Source: an uncultured Bacilli bacterium
Lineage (GTDB): Bacteria > Bacillota_I > Bacilli_A > RF39 > UBA660
Reading direction: 5' to 3'
NCBI GenBank assembly: GCA_944332375.1
Contig: CALVJU010000049.1
Coordinates: 1-31,576 of the forward strand
DNA: 31,576 nucleotides
Shown here: positions 8,940-17,776 of the stretch, one piece after another
Position numbering within the stretch: position 1 is the first letter of the stretch
How the letters are laid out: every line of letters begins with the position of its first letter
Notes under the pieces: generated by a model
Database searches by the model: none
Told to the model about the DNA's origin: nothing
What the model saw: the letters and a program-made list of their open reading frames with translations, nothing else
Position numbers and translations under genes: made by a program

Positions 8940-9914
8940 ATGGAAACAATGTTCAAGAAATTAACCTCATTAATACGTGAAAGTGATAATGTTATGATTA
9001 TGGCACACCATGATATTGATATGGATGCCTTTGGATCTTCTTTAGCTCTATATGAGATTGTAAGAAGTTTTGATAAGAAAGCATATGTTTTTTTAGAAAA
9101 CTTGAAAGATAATGTGGCAATTTCTCATGCTTTAGAGTGTTTAGAAAAGACAAAAATTGATGTTCATTTTTTAAATGAAGAAGACTATTTGAAATATAAA
9201 AAAGAAAATAGTTTACTTGTCATACTTGATGTTTATAAGAAAGAAATGTTAGAATTTCCAAATGTTGTTGATCAATTTCAAAATATTGTAGTGATTGATC
9301 ATCATGTGAAAAATCATAAGATTACGTATCCAACTATTTTTGAATATATTGCGCCAGATTTATCGAGTGTGAACGAGATTATGGTGGATTATCTAAAATA
9401 TTTAAATAAGAAAGTAAATCCAGTGATTGCAACGATCATGTTAGCTGGGATTGAAATTGATACCAACCAGTTTAATGTAAAGACCACCGATAAAACTTAT
9501 GAAGCTGCAGCATTTTTAACAAGGATTGGTGCGGATCATATATTAAAGCAAATGTTATTAAAGGAAGATCGTAATCGTTATCTAAAAAGACAGCGTTTTG
9601 TGAAGAGAAGTTTTATGATTAATAAAAATATGGCGATGTGTATTATGGATGATGAGCACTATGAAAGGAAAGATCTTGCTGTAATTGCAGAAGAACTTCT
9701 AAAATTTGATGAAGTAGAGGCATCTTTTGTAATTGGAAGATTAGATGATGAAACTGTTTATGTAAGTGCAAGATCGATTGGACTGATCAATGTAGAGTCT
9801 TATATGGAACAACTTGGTGGTGGTGGTCATACAACGGAAGCTGCTACAAGTATGAAGAATAAGACATTGATGGAAGTAAAAGATGAATTAATCAAAATAT
9901 TGAATGGAGAGTGA
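8940..9914 (+). CDS. GdpP-type DHH/DHHA1 phosphoesterase, catalytic domains only
   Basis: HHDIDMDAFGS, IDHH, GIEIDT, LGGGGH; occupies the gdpP position before rplI and the helicase. Confidence 0.92.
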   Translation: METMFKKLTSLIRESDNVMIMAHHDIDMDAFGSSLALYEIVRSFDKKAYVFLENLKDNVAISHALECLEKTKIDVHFLNEEDYLKYKKENSLLVILDVYKKEMLEFPNVVDQFQNIVVIDHHVKNHKITYPTIFEYIAPDLSSVNEIMVDYLKYLNKKVNPVIATIMLAGIEIDTNQFNVKTTDKTYEAAAFLTRIGADHILKQMLLKEDRNRYLKRQRFVKRSFMINKNMAMCIMDDEHYERKDLAVIAEELLKFDEVEASFVIGRLDDETVYVSARSIGLINVESYMEQLGGGGHTTEAATSMKNKTLMEVKDELIKILNGE

Positions 9915-9918
9915 TTTT

Positions 9919-10356
9919 ATGAAGGTAATATTCATTCGTGATTTAAAAGGGCAAGGTAAAAAGGGAGAAGTAAAAGAAGTTAAGGATGGTTATGGAAATA
10001 ATTTCTTAATCAAAAATGGTTATGCGGTTTTAGCAAACTCAGCAAACATGACAAAAATGAAAAATGAAGAAGCACGTCGTGGAATTGAAGAAACATTAAA
10101 AGTCCATGATATGGAAGATTTAAAGAAAGAAATCGAGAAAAAAACGTTTGAGTTTCAGGCAAAAACTGGAAAAGAAGGAAGAATGTTTGGCCAGATTTCT
10201 GTAAAACAAATCAAAGAAGCATTATCCAAAGAAGGATATGATATTGATAAGAAGCAAATTCACTTGGATCATCCAATCCAAAGTTTAGGAATGCATTATG
10301 TAGATATTGAACTACATAAAAAAGTAATTGCAAAAATGAAAGTCCATGTAAAATAA
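9919..10356 (+). CDS. rplI: 50S ribosomal protein L9
   Basis: MKVIF..D.KGQGKKGEVKEVKDGYGNNFLI, G+MFGQIS; start moved to 9919. Confidence 0.98.
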   Translation: MKVIFIRDLKGQGKKGEVKEVKDGYGNNFLIKNGYAVLANSANMTKMKNEEARRGIEETLKVHDMEDLKKEIEKKTFEFQAKTGKEGRMFGQISVKQIKEALSKEGYDIDKKQIHLDHPIQSLGMHYVDIELHKKVIAKMKVHVK

Positions 10357-10378
10357 AATGGATACAGGGGGGATTCTC

Positions 10379-11722
10379 ATGAAAGAAAGAGTCATACCAC
10401 ACAATTTAGAAGCAGAACAATCTGTTTTAGGATCTATGTTTTTATCGAAGTATGCTGCTCAGAAGTGTGTTGAAAATTTAGATACAGATTTGTTTTATTC
10501 TGATAGTCACAGAAAAATATTTGAAGTGATGCGTGACTTAGTGGAAAAACAAGTTCCAATTGATTTTACTACTGTGAGTGCAGAATTAGATAAGAGAAAA
10601 TGGTTAAAGCAAGTTGGCGATGTTGAGTACCTGAGTGAACTGACAAATATTGTACCTAGTGCTGCTAATGTGGATAATTACATGCAGATTGTGGAAGAAA
10701 ATGCGATTTTAAGGAGATTAATTGAAGAATCTACAGAGATTGCAAATGATTGTTTTGGAGCAACAGGAGATATTAGTGAACTATTAGATAATGCAGAGAA
10801 GAAAATATTAAATGTTGTAAAAACGAGAAAAGGAACAGAGTTTCGCAGTTTGACAGATGTTTTAAATAAGACGCAATTAGATTTAGAAAAGTTATCAAAG
10901 AATAAGGGTGAAATTACTGGAATTGCAACTGGTTTTTACGATCTGGATCGTATTACTTCCGGATTTCATGAGAATGAGTTGATTATTATTGCAGCTCGTC
11001 CTGCCATGGGAAAAACAGCATTTGCTTTAAATTTAGCCATGAATATGGCGGATAATACAGATAAGTCAGTTGCCATTTTCAACTTGGAAATGGGTGCCGA
11101 ACAACTTGCTATGCGTATGATCGCAAGTGCTGGACAGATAGATAGTCGCAAGCTTCGTACAGGAAAGTTAGAGCACCAAGATTGGAAAAGAGTCAATGAA
11201 GCGATGAGCCGTTTATCTTCTAAGAAAATATTTATCGACGATACTCCAGGTTTATCTATTAGTGACATTCGTTCTAAGTGTCGTAGACTCTCTGCAAGTG
11301 AGTCTGGTCTTTCCGCAGTCATCATTGATTATTTGCAATTAATCAGTGGATCTAGTAAATATGCGGGACAAAGACAACAGGAAGTATCAGAGATTTCTCG
11401 TTCATTAAAAACAATGGCAATGGAATTGAATATTCCGGTAATTGCTCTTGCTCAACTTTCGCGTAGTGTAGAAAGTAGAGATGACAAGCGTCCGATTTTG
11501 AGTGACTTAAGAGAGTCTGGATCAATTGAGCAAGATGCAGATATGGTTGCTTTCTTATATCGTGATGATTATTATCACAAAGAAAATGCGATTGATGAAA
11601 ATACAAGTCGTAGTGAATTATTAATTCGTAAAAATCGTAGTGGTCCTACTGCGACAATTGATTTGATTTTTAAATTACAGACATCGACATTTTTGAATTT
11701 TATTAATCGCGAAGAGTCTTAA
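10379..11722 (+). CDS. dnaB: Replicative DNA helicase (DnaB/DnaC)
   Basis: PHNLEAEQSVLG, AARPAMGKT, IIDYLQL, QLSR.VE.R.DKRP.LSDLRESGSIEQDAD; no intein; start moved to 10379. Confidence 0.99.
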   Translation: MKERVIPHNLEAEQSVLGSMFLSKYAAQKCVENLDTDLFYSDSHRKIFEVMRDLVEKQVPIDFTTVSAELDKRKWLKQVGDVEYLSELTNIVPSAANVDNYMQIVEENAILRRLIEESTEIANDCFGATGDISELLDNAEKKILNVVKTRKGTEFRSLTDVLNKTQLDLEKLSKNKGEITGIATGFYDLDRITSGFHENELIIIAARPAMGKTAFALNLAMNMADNTDKSVAIFNLEMGAEQLAMRMIASAGQIDSRKLRTGKLEHQDWKRVNEAMSRLSSKKIFIDDTPGLSISDIRSKCRRLSASESGLSAVIIDYLQLISGSSKYAGQRQQEVSEISRSLKTMAMELNIPVIALAQLSRSVESRDDKRPILSDLRESGSIEQDADMVAFLYRDDYYHKENAIDENTSRSELLIRKNRSGPTATIDLIFKLQTSTFLNFINREES

Positions 11723-11741
11723 AGAGAAAGGTATGTGATTT

Positions 11742-13190
11742 ATGAAGAAAATAGGTTTGGTATTATTTGTGATTGTTTTAATTAGTACTGTATTTGTATC
11801 TGGTTTTCAATCACGTGGAGATGTAGAACCAAATACAGTTTATGAAGTTTATTTGGATGATGAAGTGATTGGCAAGGTAAAGTCAAAAGAAGCTTTAGAA
11901 GACTATATTGACGAAAGAGGCGAAGATTATAAAAGAAAATTTAACGTTGATAAAGTATATGCTCCAAATGGACTTGAAATCAAAAAAGTAGTCACATACA
12001 ACGAAGAGACAGATTCTATTTCTGATATTTATGAGAAAATATCAGAGAAAAAACCATTTACGATCAAAGGATATCGTTTCAGTATTCAAGATGGTGATGA
12101 TAAGATCCAAATATATATTGATAAAGAATCTGTTGCGAAAGAAGCATTGGAAAATACAGTAAAAACCTTTGTGGGAACGGAAGAATATAATGCGTATATG
12201 AATGATACACAAACACCAGTAACAACAACAGGAAGTTATATTGATGATATTTATATCAATAATAATATGACAATGAGTGAAAGTTATATTCCTGTGACAG
12301 AAAAGATTTATACGGATTCAACAGAATTATCCCAATTTCTATTATTTGGTGAATACAATAATAAGAAAGATTATGTTGTGCAAGCAGGAGATACGATTAG
12401 TCAAGTAGCATTTAACAATCAGATTAGTGTGAATGAGTTTTTAATTTCAAACCCAGAGTTTACTAGTGAAATGAGTTTACTTTTTCCAGGACAAACGGTT
12501 GTGATTGGAATGACTGATCCTCAGATTCAAGTTGTAGCTGTTGTCAATCAAACTTCTGATGTTGTTAATAGTTTCTCAACAGAGGAGCGTTATGATTCTA
12601 CTAAATTGGTAGGAGAAGATGAAATTATTCAACAAGGAGAAGATGGGTTAGATCGTGTTCAGCAAGAATTAACTTATTTAAATGGGGATGTTATTTCTTC
12701 AGAGATTCAGTCTAGAGAGGAATTAAAACCTGCAATTGAACAAATTGTGGTCAAAGGAGATAAGGTGATTCCTTCTGTTGGATATGGAGCATGGTATTGG
12801 CCTACCCCAAGTCACTATGTAATTAGTCCTATGGGTTATCGTATTGATCCAATTAGTGGAACCCGTTCTTTACATACGGGTGCGGATATTTCAGAAAGCT
12901 GTGGTCAACCAATTTGGGCTGCAAATAATGGAGTAGTAACAGAAGCAGATTATCGACCTGATTTAGGAAATGGTAATTATGTAACAATTAATCATAATAA
13001 TGGATATTATACTTTATATGCACATATGGCAAGTTATGTTGTAGAGGTTGGTCAAGTTGTTGAAAAAGGTCAATTAATTGGATATGTAGGAAGAACCGGT
13101 AGAGCCACCGGATGTCACTTACACTTTGAAGCTTGGGTTGGTGGACCACCAAGACGTGGTACCGCATATAATGCATTGCTGTTATATTAA
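11742..13190 (+). CDS. Membrane-anchored LysM-G5-M23 peptidoglycan endopeptidase
   Basis: N-terminal hydrophobic anchor, LysM (YVVQAGDTISQVA), G5-like segment, intact HTGAD and HLH zinc ligands. Confidence 0.92.
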   Translation: MKKIGLVLFVIVLISTVFVSGFQSRGDVEPNTVYEVYLDDEVIGKVKSKEALEDYIDERGEDYKRKFNVDKVYAPNGLEIKKVVTYNEETDSISDIYEKISEKKPFTIKGYRFSIQDGDDKIQIYIDKESVAKEALENTVKTFVGTEEYNAYMNDTQTPVTTTGSYIDDIYINNNMTMSESYIPVTEKIYTDSTELSQFLLFGEYNNKKDYVVQAGDTISQVAFNNQISVNEFLISNPEFTSEMSLLFPGQTVVIGMTDPQIQVVAVVNQTSDVVNSFSTEERYDSTKLVGEDEIIQQGEDGLDRVQQELTYLNGDVISSEIQSREELKPAIEQIVVKGDKVIPSVGYGAWYWPTPSHYVISPMGYRIDPISGTRSLHTGADISESCGQPIWAANNGVVTEADYRPDLGNGNYVTINHNNGYYTLYAHMASYVVEVGQVVEKGQLIGYVGRTGRATGCHLHFEAWVGGPPRRGTAYNALLLY

Positions 13191-13942
13191 TGAGAGTTAG
13201 TGTTTTAGCAAGCGGTAGTAAGGGGAATTCCACTTATATAGAAACAAACCAACATAAGTTTTTAGTGGATCTAGGAATGACTGCTTCTTATATTGAAAAA
13301 AAATTAAAAGAATTAGAAGTAGAGCCTAGTGAAATAGAAGGAATTTTTCTTACTCATACACACGTAGATCATATCAACGGTCTACGTGTCTTTATGAAAA
13401 GATATCACCCAAGCTTATATGTGAGTCAAGTTATGTATGAAGAACTTGTAAAAATGTATCCTGATTTTTCTTATCAAATTATTGATCAAAGTTATGAGAT
13501 AGATACGTTTCATGTTACTGTATTTAAAACAAGCCATGATGTTGCTGATTCCAATGGATATTTATTTGAAGAAGAGACCGCATCCATTGTTTATATTACA
13601 GATACGGGATATTTAAATCAGAAATATTTTCCAATTTTAAAAAACAGAAGTTTGTATATTATGGAGAGTAATCATGACATTCAACTTTTAATGAATGGAA
13701 AATATCCATATCATTTAAAACAACGTATCTTAGGAGACCGAGGACATTTGTCCAATAAAGATAGTAGTTATTATTTATCTAAGTTAATTGGAAATCAAAC
13801 AAAAGAGATTATTTTAATCCATTTGAGTGAAGAAAATAATGATGAGAAAATTGCTTATGATACTTGTGTGGAAAATTTACCTTATCAAATTCCTGTTGTC
13901 ATATCTCATCAGAAAGAGCAAACGGAGTTGGTAGAAGTATGA
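13190..13942 (+). CDS. walJ: WalJ/YycJ-family metallo-beta-lactamase-fold hydrolase
   Basis: LASGSKGN, THTHVDH, SHD, TDTG, ESNHD, GHLSN, HLSEENN. Confidence 0.93.
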   Translation: MRVSVLASGSKGNSTYIETNQHKFLVDLGMTASYIEKKLKELEVEPSEIEGIFLTHTHVDHINGLRVFMKRYHPSLYVSQVMYEELVKMYPDFSYQIIDQSYEIDTFHVTVFKTSHDVADSNGYLFEEETASIVYITDTGYLNQKYFPILKNRSLYIMESNHDIQLLMNGKYPYHLKQRILGDRGHLSNKDSSYYLSKLIGNQTKEIILIHLSEENNDEKIAYDTCVENLPYQIPVVISHQKEQTELVEV

Positions 13943-14394
13943 TCAAAATCATATGTGTTGGAAAAATCAAAGAATCTTTCTTTCGGGAAGCAATTAAAGA
14001 ATATCAAAAACGATTGAGTAAATATACAAAATTAGAGATAATAGAACTTCCGGATTATACTAACGGGAATGCTCAGGAAAACCAGAAAAAAGAAGCATTA
14101 CTGATTCAAAAACAGATTGGTTCCAAAGATTATGTGATTACTTTAGAAATAGAAGGAAGAGCTTTTTCTAGTGAACAACTTGCGGAGAAAATAGATGATT
14201 TATTTCAGAACTATTCTACAATTACTTTTGTAATTGGTGGTTCTTATGGATTAGATGCAAGTATTAAAGAGAGAAGTGATCTTTCTTTATCATTTAGTAA
14301 GATGACTTTTCCTCATCAATTATTTCGTATTCTATTATTAGAACAGATTTATCGTTCTTATAAAATCATACATCACGAATCTTATCATAAATAA
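13939..14394 (+). CDS. rlmH: 23S rRNA pseudouridine-1915 N3-methyltransferase
   Basis: VGKIKE, FVIGGSYG, LSFSKMTFPHQL.R..LLEQIYR, YHK; ATGA overlap with walJ. Confidence 0.98.
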   Translation: MIKIICVGKIKESFFREAIKEYQKRLSKYTKLEIIELPDYTNGNAQENQKKEALLIQKQIGSKDYVITLEIEGRAFSSEQLAEKIDDLFQNYSTITFVIGGSYGLDASIKERSDLSLSFSKMTFPHQLFRILLLEQIYRSYKIIHHESYHK

Positions 14395-14396
14395 AT

Positions 14397-14425
14397 GTAT
14401 AAATATTTTTTAATCGCTCATTATG
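14397..14425 (+). promoter_or_regulatory. Putative forespore sigma (F/G)-type promoter of spoIIR
   Basis: GTATA (14397-14401), 17 nt, CATTATG (14419-14425); spoIIR is sigma-F dependent in B. subtilis. Confidence 0.5.
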
Positions 14426-14448
14426 ACAATGTAAGGGAGCGATTTTTT

Positions 14449-14979
14449 ATGAGAAAATGGGTCATATTAGGAATTGTTTCGGTTTTATTTTTTCAATGTA
14501 TTGGCAATCATTCAACAGAGGTTATGATACCAAATGAAGCGATTCGTCTTCGTGTTTTAGCAAACTCAAATAGTAAAGAAGATCAATCATTAAAGAAAAA
14601 AGTAAGTGAAGCAGTACAAGGGGATTTATATACCATATTAGAAAATACACATGGAATCAATGCTGCCAGAGAGAAGATACAAAATCAACTTCCTACTATA
14701 TATACAAGTGTAGAAAATACATTGCGTCGAGAAAATAGCACACAATCTTTTCAAATTGATTATGGGTATCATTATTTTCCTGAGAAAGAATATAAAGGTG
14801 TCACTTATGAAGAGGGAGAGTATGAATCATTACTTGTGACATTAGGAAAAGGAGAAGGAGATAATTGGTGGTGTGTTCTCTTCCCTCCACTTTGCATTAT
14901 GGAAGCAGAAGAGACAGAGGCAGAAGAAGAAACAGAATATCAATTTTTTATTCAAGAACTCATTGAAAAATATTTATAG
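14449..14979 (+). CDS. spoIIR: Stage II sporulation protein R
   Basis: Signal-like N-terminus, IRLRVLANSNS..DQ.LK, FPEKEY.G..Y..GEYESL...LG.GEG.NWWCVLFPPLC; start moved to 14449. Confidence 0.96.
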   Translation: MRKWVILGIVSVLFFQCIGNHSTEVMIPNEAIRLRVLANSNSKEDQSLKKKVSEAVQGDLYTILENTHGINAAREKIQNQLPTIYTSVENTLRRENSTQSFQIDYGYHYFPEKEYKGVTYEEGEYESLLVTLGKGEGDNWWCVLFPPLCIMEAEETEAEEETEYQFFIQELIEKYL

Positions 14980-15010
14980 TTTCTATGCATAGAATAATTT
15001 AGGTGATTCT

Positions 15011-15541
15011 ATGCATATTTTTGTTGTTATTTTGATTGGAATAAGTTTATCCATGGATGCTTTTTCTCTTGCATTGTTGTACGGAACATTGAATTTAAAA
15101 AAGAATTATATTTTCAAACTCTCTTTGATTGTTTCTTTGTTTCACTTTGTGATGCCACTTTTGGGACATTTTTTTGGAAAACTCATCTTTCATTTCTTTC
15201 CCCTCAATCCTGATTTTATCATCTGTGTTTTATTAATCTTTATTGGGATTCAAATGATTTTAGAGAGCTTTAAGAAAGAAAAAGAGACGAAAGTATTTCG
15301 TTTATTTGAAATGTTTTTATTTGGTTTTGCAGTGTCTATTGATAGTTTTTCGGTTGGTGTTGGAATGAATGCGATTTCTGATCATCTTCTTCTTTGTGCT
15401 GGTATTTTTTCTTTCTGTAGTGGGATATTTACTTGTTTAGGATTAGAACTAGGAAAGAAATTAAATCAATTATTAGGGACTGTTGCCCCGATATTAGGTG
15501 GATGTGTATTAATTATATTAGGAATCCTCTACGGACTCTGA
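15011..15541 (+). CDS. MntP/YtaF-family membrane protein
   Basis: Two repeats SLSMDAF and AVSIDSFSVG, six hydrophobic segments; spoIIR-linked as in B. subtilis. Confidence 0.88.
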   Translation: MHIFVVILIGISLSMDAFSLALLYGTLNLKKNYIFKLSLIVSLFHFVMPLLGHFFGKLIFHFFPLNPDFIICVLLIFIGIQMILESFKKEKETKVFRLFEMFLFGFAVSIDSFSVGVGMNAISDHLLLCAGIFSFCSGIFTCLGLELGKKLNQLLGTVAPILGGCVLIILGILYGL

Positions 15542-15570
15542 TTGTTTTATAAGAGAAAACTTGCTATAAT
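15542..15570 (+). promoter_or_regulatory. Sigma-A promoter of fba-murA
   Basis: TTGTTT-N17-TATAAT with TG extension. Confidence 0.65.
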
Positions 15571-15587
15571 AAAAAGGGAGGATGAAT

Positions 15588-16439
15588 ATGTTAGTAAATT
15601 CAAAAGAAGTATTAGAAAAAGCAAAAGAAGAAAAGTATGCAGTACCGCATTTTAATATTAATAACCTAGAATGGACAAGATTTATTTTAGAAGAATGTGA
15701 AAAAGAAAAGAGTCCTGTTATTTTGGGAGTCAGTGAAGGTGCTAAAAAGTACATGGTTGGTTTTCACACAGTGACAGAAATGGTAAAAGCAATGGTAGAA
15801 GAATTACAAATTACAGTTCCTGTTGTGTTACATTTAGATCATGGAAGTAGTGTGGCATCTTGTAAGGAAGCAATTGATGCTGGTTTTACATCTGTTATGA
15901 TTGATGCATCAAAATATTCTGTAGAAGAAAATATTCAAATGACAAAAGAAGTAGTAGAATATGCTCATCAGAAAAATGTGACAGTAGAAGCAGAAATTGG
16001 ACATGTTGGTGGCGAAGAAGATGGAGTTGCTGATGAACTCGCTTATGCGAAAGTTGAAGACGCTGTTCGTTTGGCCAAAGAAACGGGAATTGATTCACTA
16101 GCACCTGCTTTGGGAAGTGTTCATGGAATTTATAAAGGAGAACCAAAATTAGATTTTCAACGTATGATGGAAATAAAAGAAAAGACGAATTTACCACTGG
16201 TATTACATGGTGGTTCAGGAATTCCAGATGAACTGATCAAGAAGAGTGTTACTTGTGGAATATGTAAATTAAATATTAATACGGATCTACAAATTGTATG
16301 GGCGAAAGCAGTGCGATCATTTTTAAAAGAAAATCAATTAGTTTATGATCCTAGAAAAGTAATCAAAGCTGGAGAACAGGCAATCAAAGATAAAATAGAT
16401 GAGAAGATTCGTCTACTTGAAAGCAATGGAAAAGCATAA
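15588..16439 (+). CDS. fba: Class II fructose-1,6-bisphosphate aldolase
   Basis: HLDHG, GFTSVMIDAS, EAEIG.VGGEEDG, GSVHG, LVLHGGSG; start moved to 15588 for RBS spacing. Confidence 0.97.
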   Translation: MLVNSKEVLEKAKEEKYAVPHFNINNLEWTRFILEECEKEKSPVILGVSEGAKKYMVGFHTVTEMVKAMVEELQITVPVVLHLDHGSSVASCKEAIDAGFTSVMIDASKYSVEENIQMTKEVVEYAHQKNVTVEAEIGHVGGEEDGVADELAYAKVEDAVRLAKETGIDSLAPALGSVHGIYKGEPKLDFQRMMEIKEKTNLPLVLHGGSGIPDELIKKSVTCGICKLNINTDLQIVWAKAVRSFLKENQLVYDPRKVIKAGEQAIKDKIDEKIRLLESNGKA

Positions 16440-16481
16440 CAACGAGACCAATTTATCATAAAATATACAGGAGAGGTAAAA

Positions 16482-17735
16482 ATGAAAAAGTTAGTAATTC
16501 ATGGTGGTGTTCCACTGACTGGAACTATTTGTATTAGTGGGGCGAAGAATAGTGCAGTGGCTTTAGTACCTGCAAGTTTATTATCGGATGAAGAAGTTGT
16601 GATTGATCATATTCCTGATATTACAGATATTGATGCTTTAGATGAGATTTTAGTGTATTTAGGAGCTAAAATCAAACGGGAAGGATCTAGAATGACAATT
16701 CAATCAGAACAGATCGAGAATAAAGAAATACCAGAGAAAATTTCTAAGAAATTAAGAGCATCTTATTATTTTATGGGAGCTTTATTGGGAAAATATAAGA
16801 AAGTAGAAATGTATTTTCCGGGAGGTTGTGCGATTGGAAAAAGACCAATTGATCAACATATCAAGGCATTTGAAGCATTAGGTGCGAAAGTAGAGATTGA
16901 TGGCAATAAATATCGAATCGAAGCAGATGAACTAATTGGAACGGATATTTATCTTGATTTTGCGAGTGTTGGAGCGACGATCAATGCTCTTTTAGCAAGT
17001 GTAAAAGCAAAGGGAAAAACAACAATTCATAATGCGGCAAAAGAGCCAGAGATTGTGAATGTAGCAACCTTACTAAATAATATGGGGGCGAAGATTGAAG
17101 GGGCTGGAACAAGTGAGATCTCGATTATAGGGGTATCTAGTTTGAAAAGTGCCTATATAGAAGTAATTCCTGATCGCATTGAAGCTGGTACTTATGTGAT
17201 ATTGGGAGCCTTAATGGGAAATCCATTGACTATTGAAAATATTATTCCAAATCATATTGAACCTTTACTAGCAAAGTTAAAAGAGATGGGAGTTTCTTAT
17301 GAATTAAAAGAGAATGCTGTTACTGTTTCTCGTAGTGATCATCTAAAACCAACATCAATTAAAACAGCGGTATATCCTGGTTTTCCAACCGATCTTCAAC
17401 AACCAATTACTGCACTCCTCTGTTTTACAGAAGGTATATCTCATATGCAAGAAACAATTTATGAGAATCGTTTTCAAAATGTTCCATATTTAAACCAAAT
17501 GGGAGCAAAGATTCAAGTAAAGGGAGATATGTTAGATATTCAGGGAATTCAACAATTACATGGAACAGTCGTAGAAGCAACAGATTTAAGAGCAGGAGCA
17601 TGTTTATTTCTAGCAGGATTAAAAGCAGATGGAGTTACAGAAATTAAAAATGTCGAGTATGTATTAAGAGGATATGAAAATATTATCGAAAAATTAACAC
17701 ATGTTGGTGCTAAAATAGAACTTATTGAAATATAG
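16482..17735 (+). CDS. murA: UDP-N-acetylglucosamine 1-carboxyvinyltransferase (MurAB position)
   Basis: SGAKNS, LRASYY, PGGCAIGKRPID with catalytic Cys, PDRIEAGT, PGFPTDLQ, TDLRAGA. Confidence 0.98.
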   Translation: MKKLVIHGGVPLTGTICISGAKNSAVALVPASLLSDEEVVIDHIPDITDIDALDEILVYLGAKIKREGSRMTIQSEQIENKEIPEKISKKLRASYYFMGALLGKYKKVEMYFPGGCAIGKRPIDQHIKAFEALGAKVEIDGNKYRIEADELIGTDIYLDFASVGATINALLASVKAKGKTTIHNAAKEPEIVNVATLLNNMGAKIEGAGTSEISIIGVSSLKSAYIEVIPDRIEAGTYVILGALMGNPLTIENIIPNHIEPLLAKLKEMGVSYELKENAVTVSRSDHLKPTSIKTAVYPGFPTDLQQPITALLCFTEGISHMQETIYENRFQNVPYLNQMGAKIQVKGDMLDIQGIQQLHGTVVEATDLRAGACLFLAGLKADGVTEIKNVEYVLRGYENIIEKLTHVGAKIELIEI

Positions 17736-17736
17736 T

Positions 17737-17765
17737 GGAAGTAGAGAGATCTACTTTCTTTTTTT
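17737..17765 (+). terminator. Terminator after murA
   Basis: AAGTAGA-GAGA-TCTACTT hairpin with GNRA loop followed by T-run. Confidence 0.7.
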
Positions 17766-17776
17766 GGAGGAATCTT

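Noticed and set aside
14377-14394. rlmH 3' end GAATCTTATCATAAATAA resembles the SCC integration site
   Set aside because: It encodes the conserved protein end; spoIIR follows directly and no recombinase or second copy is present, so the site is empty
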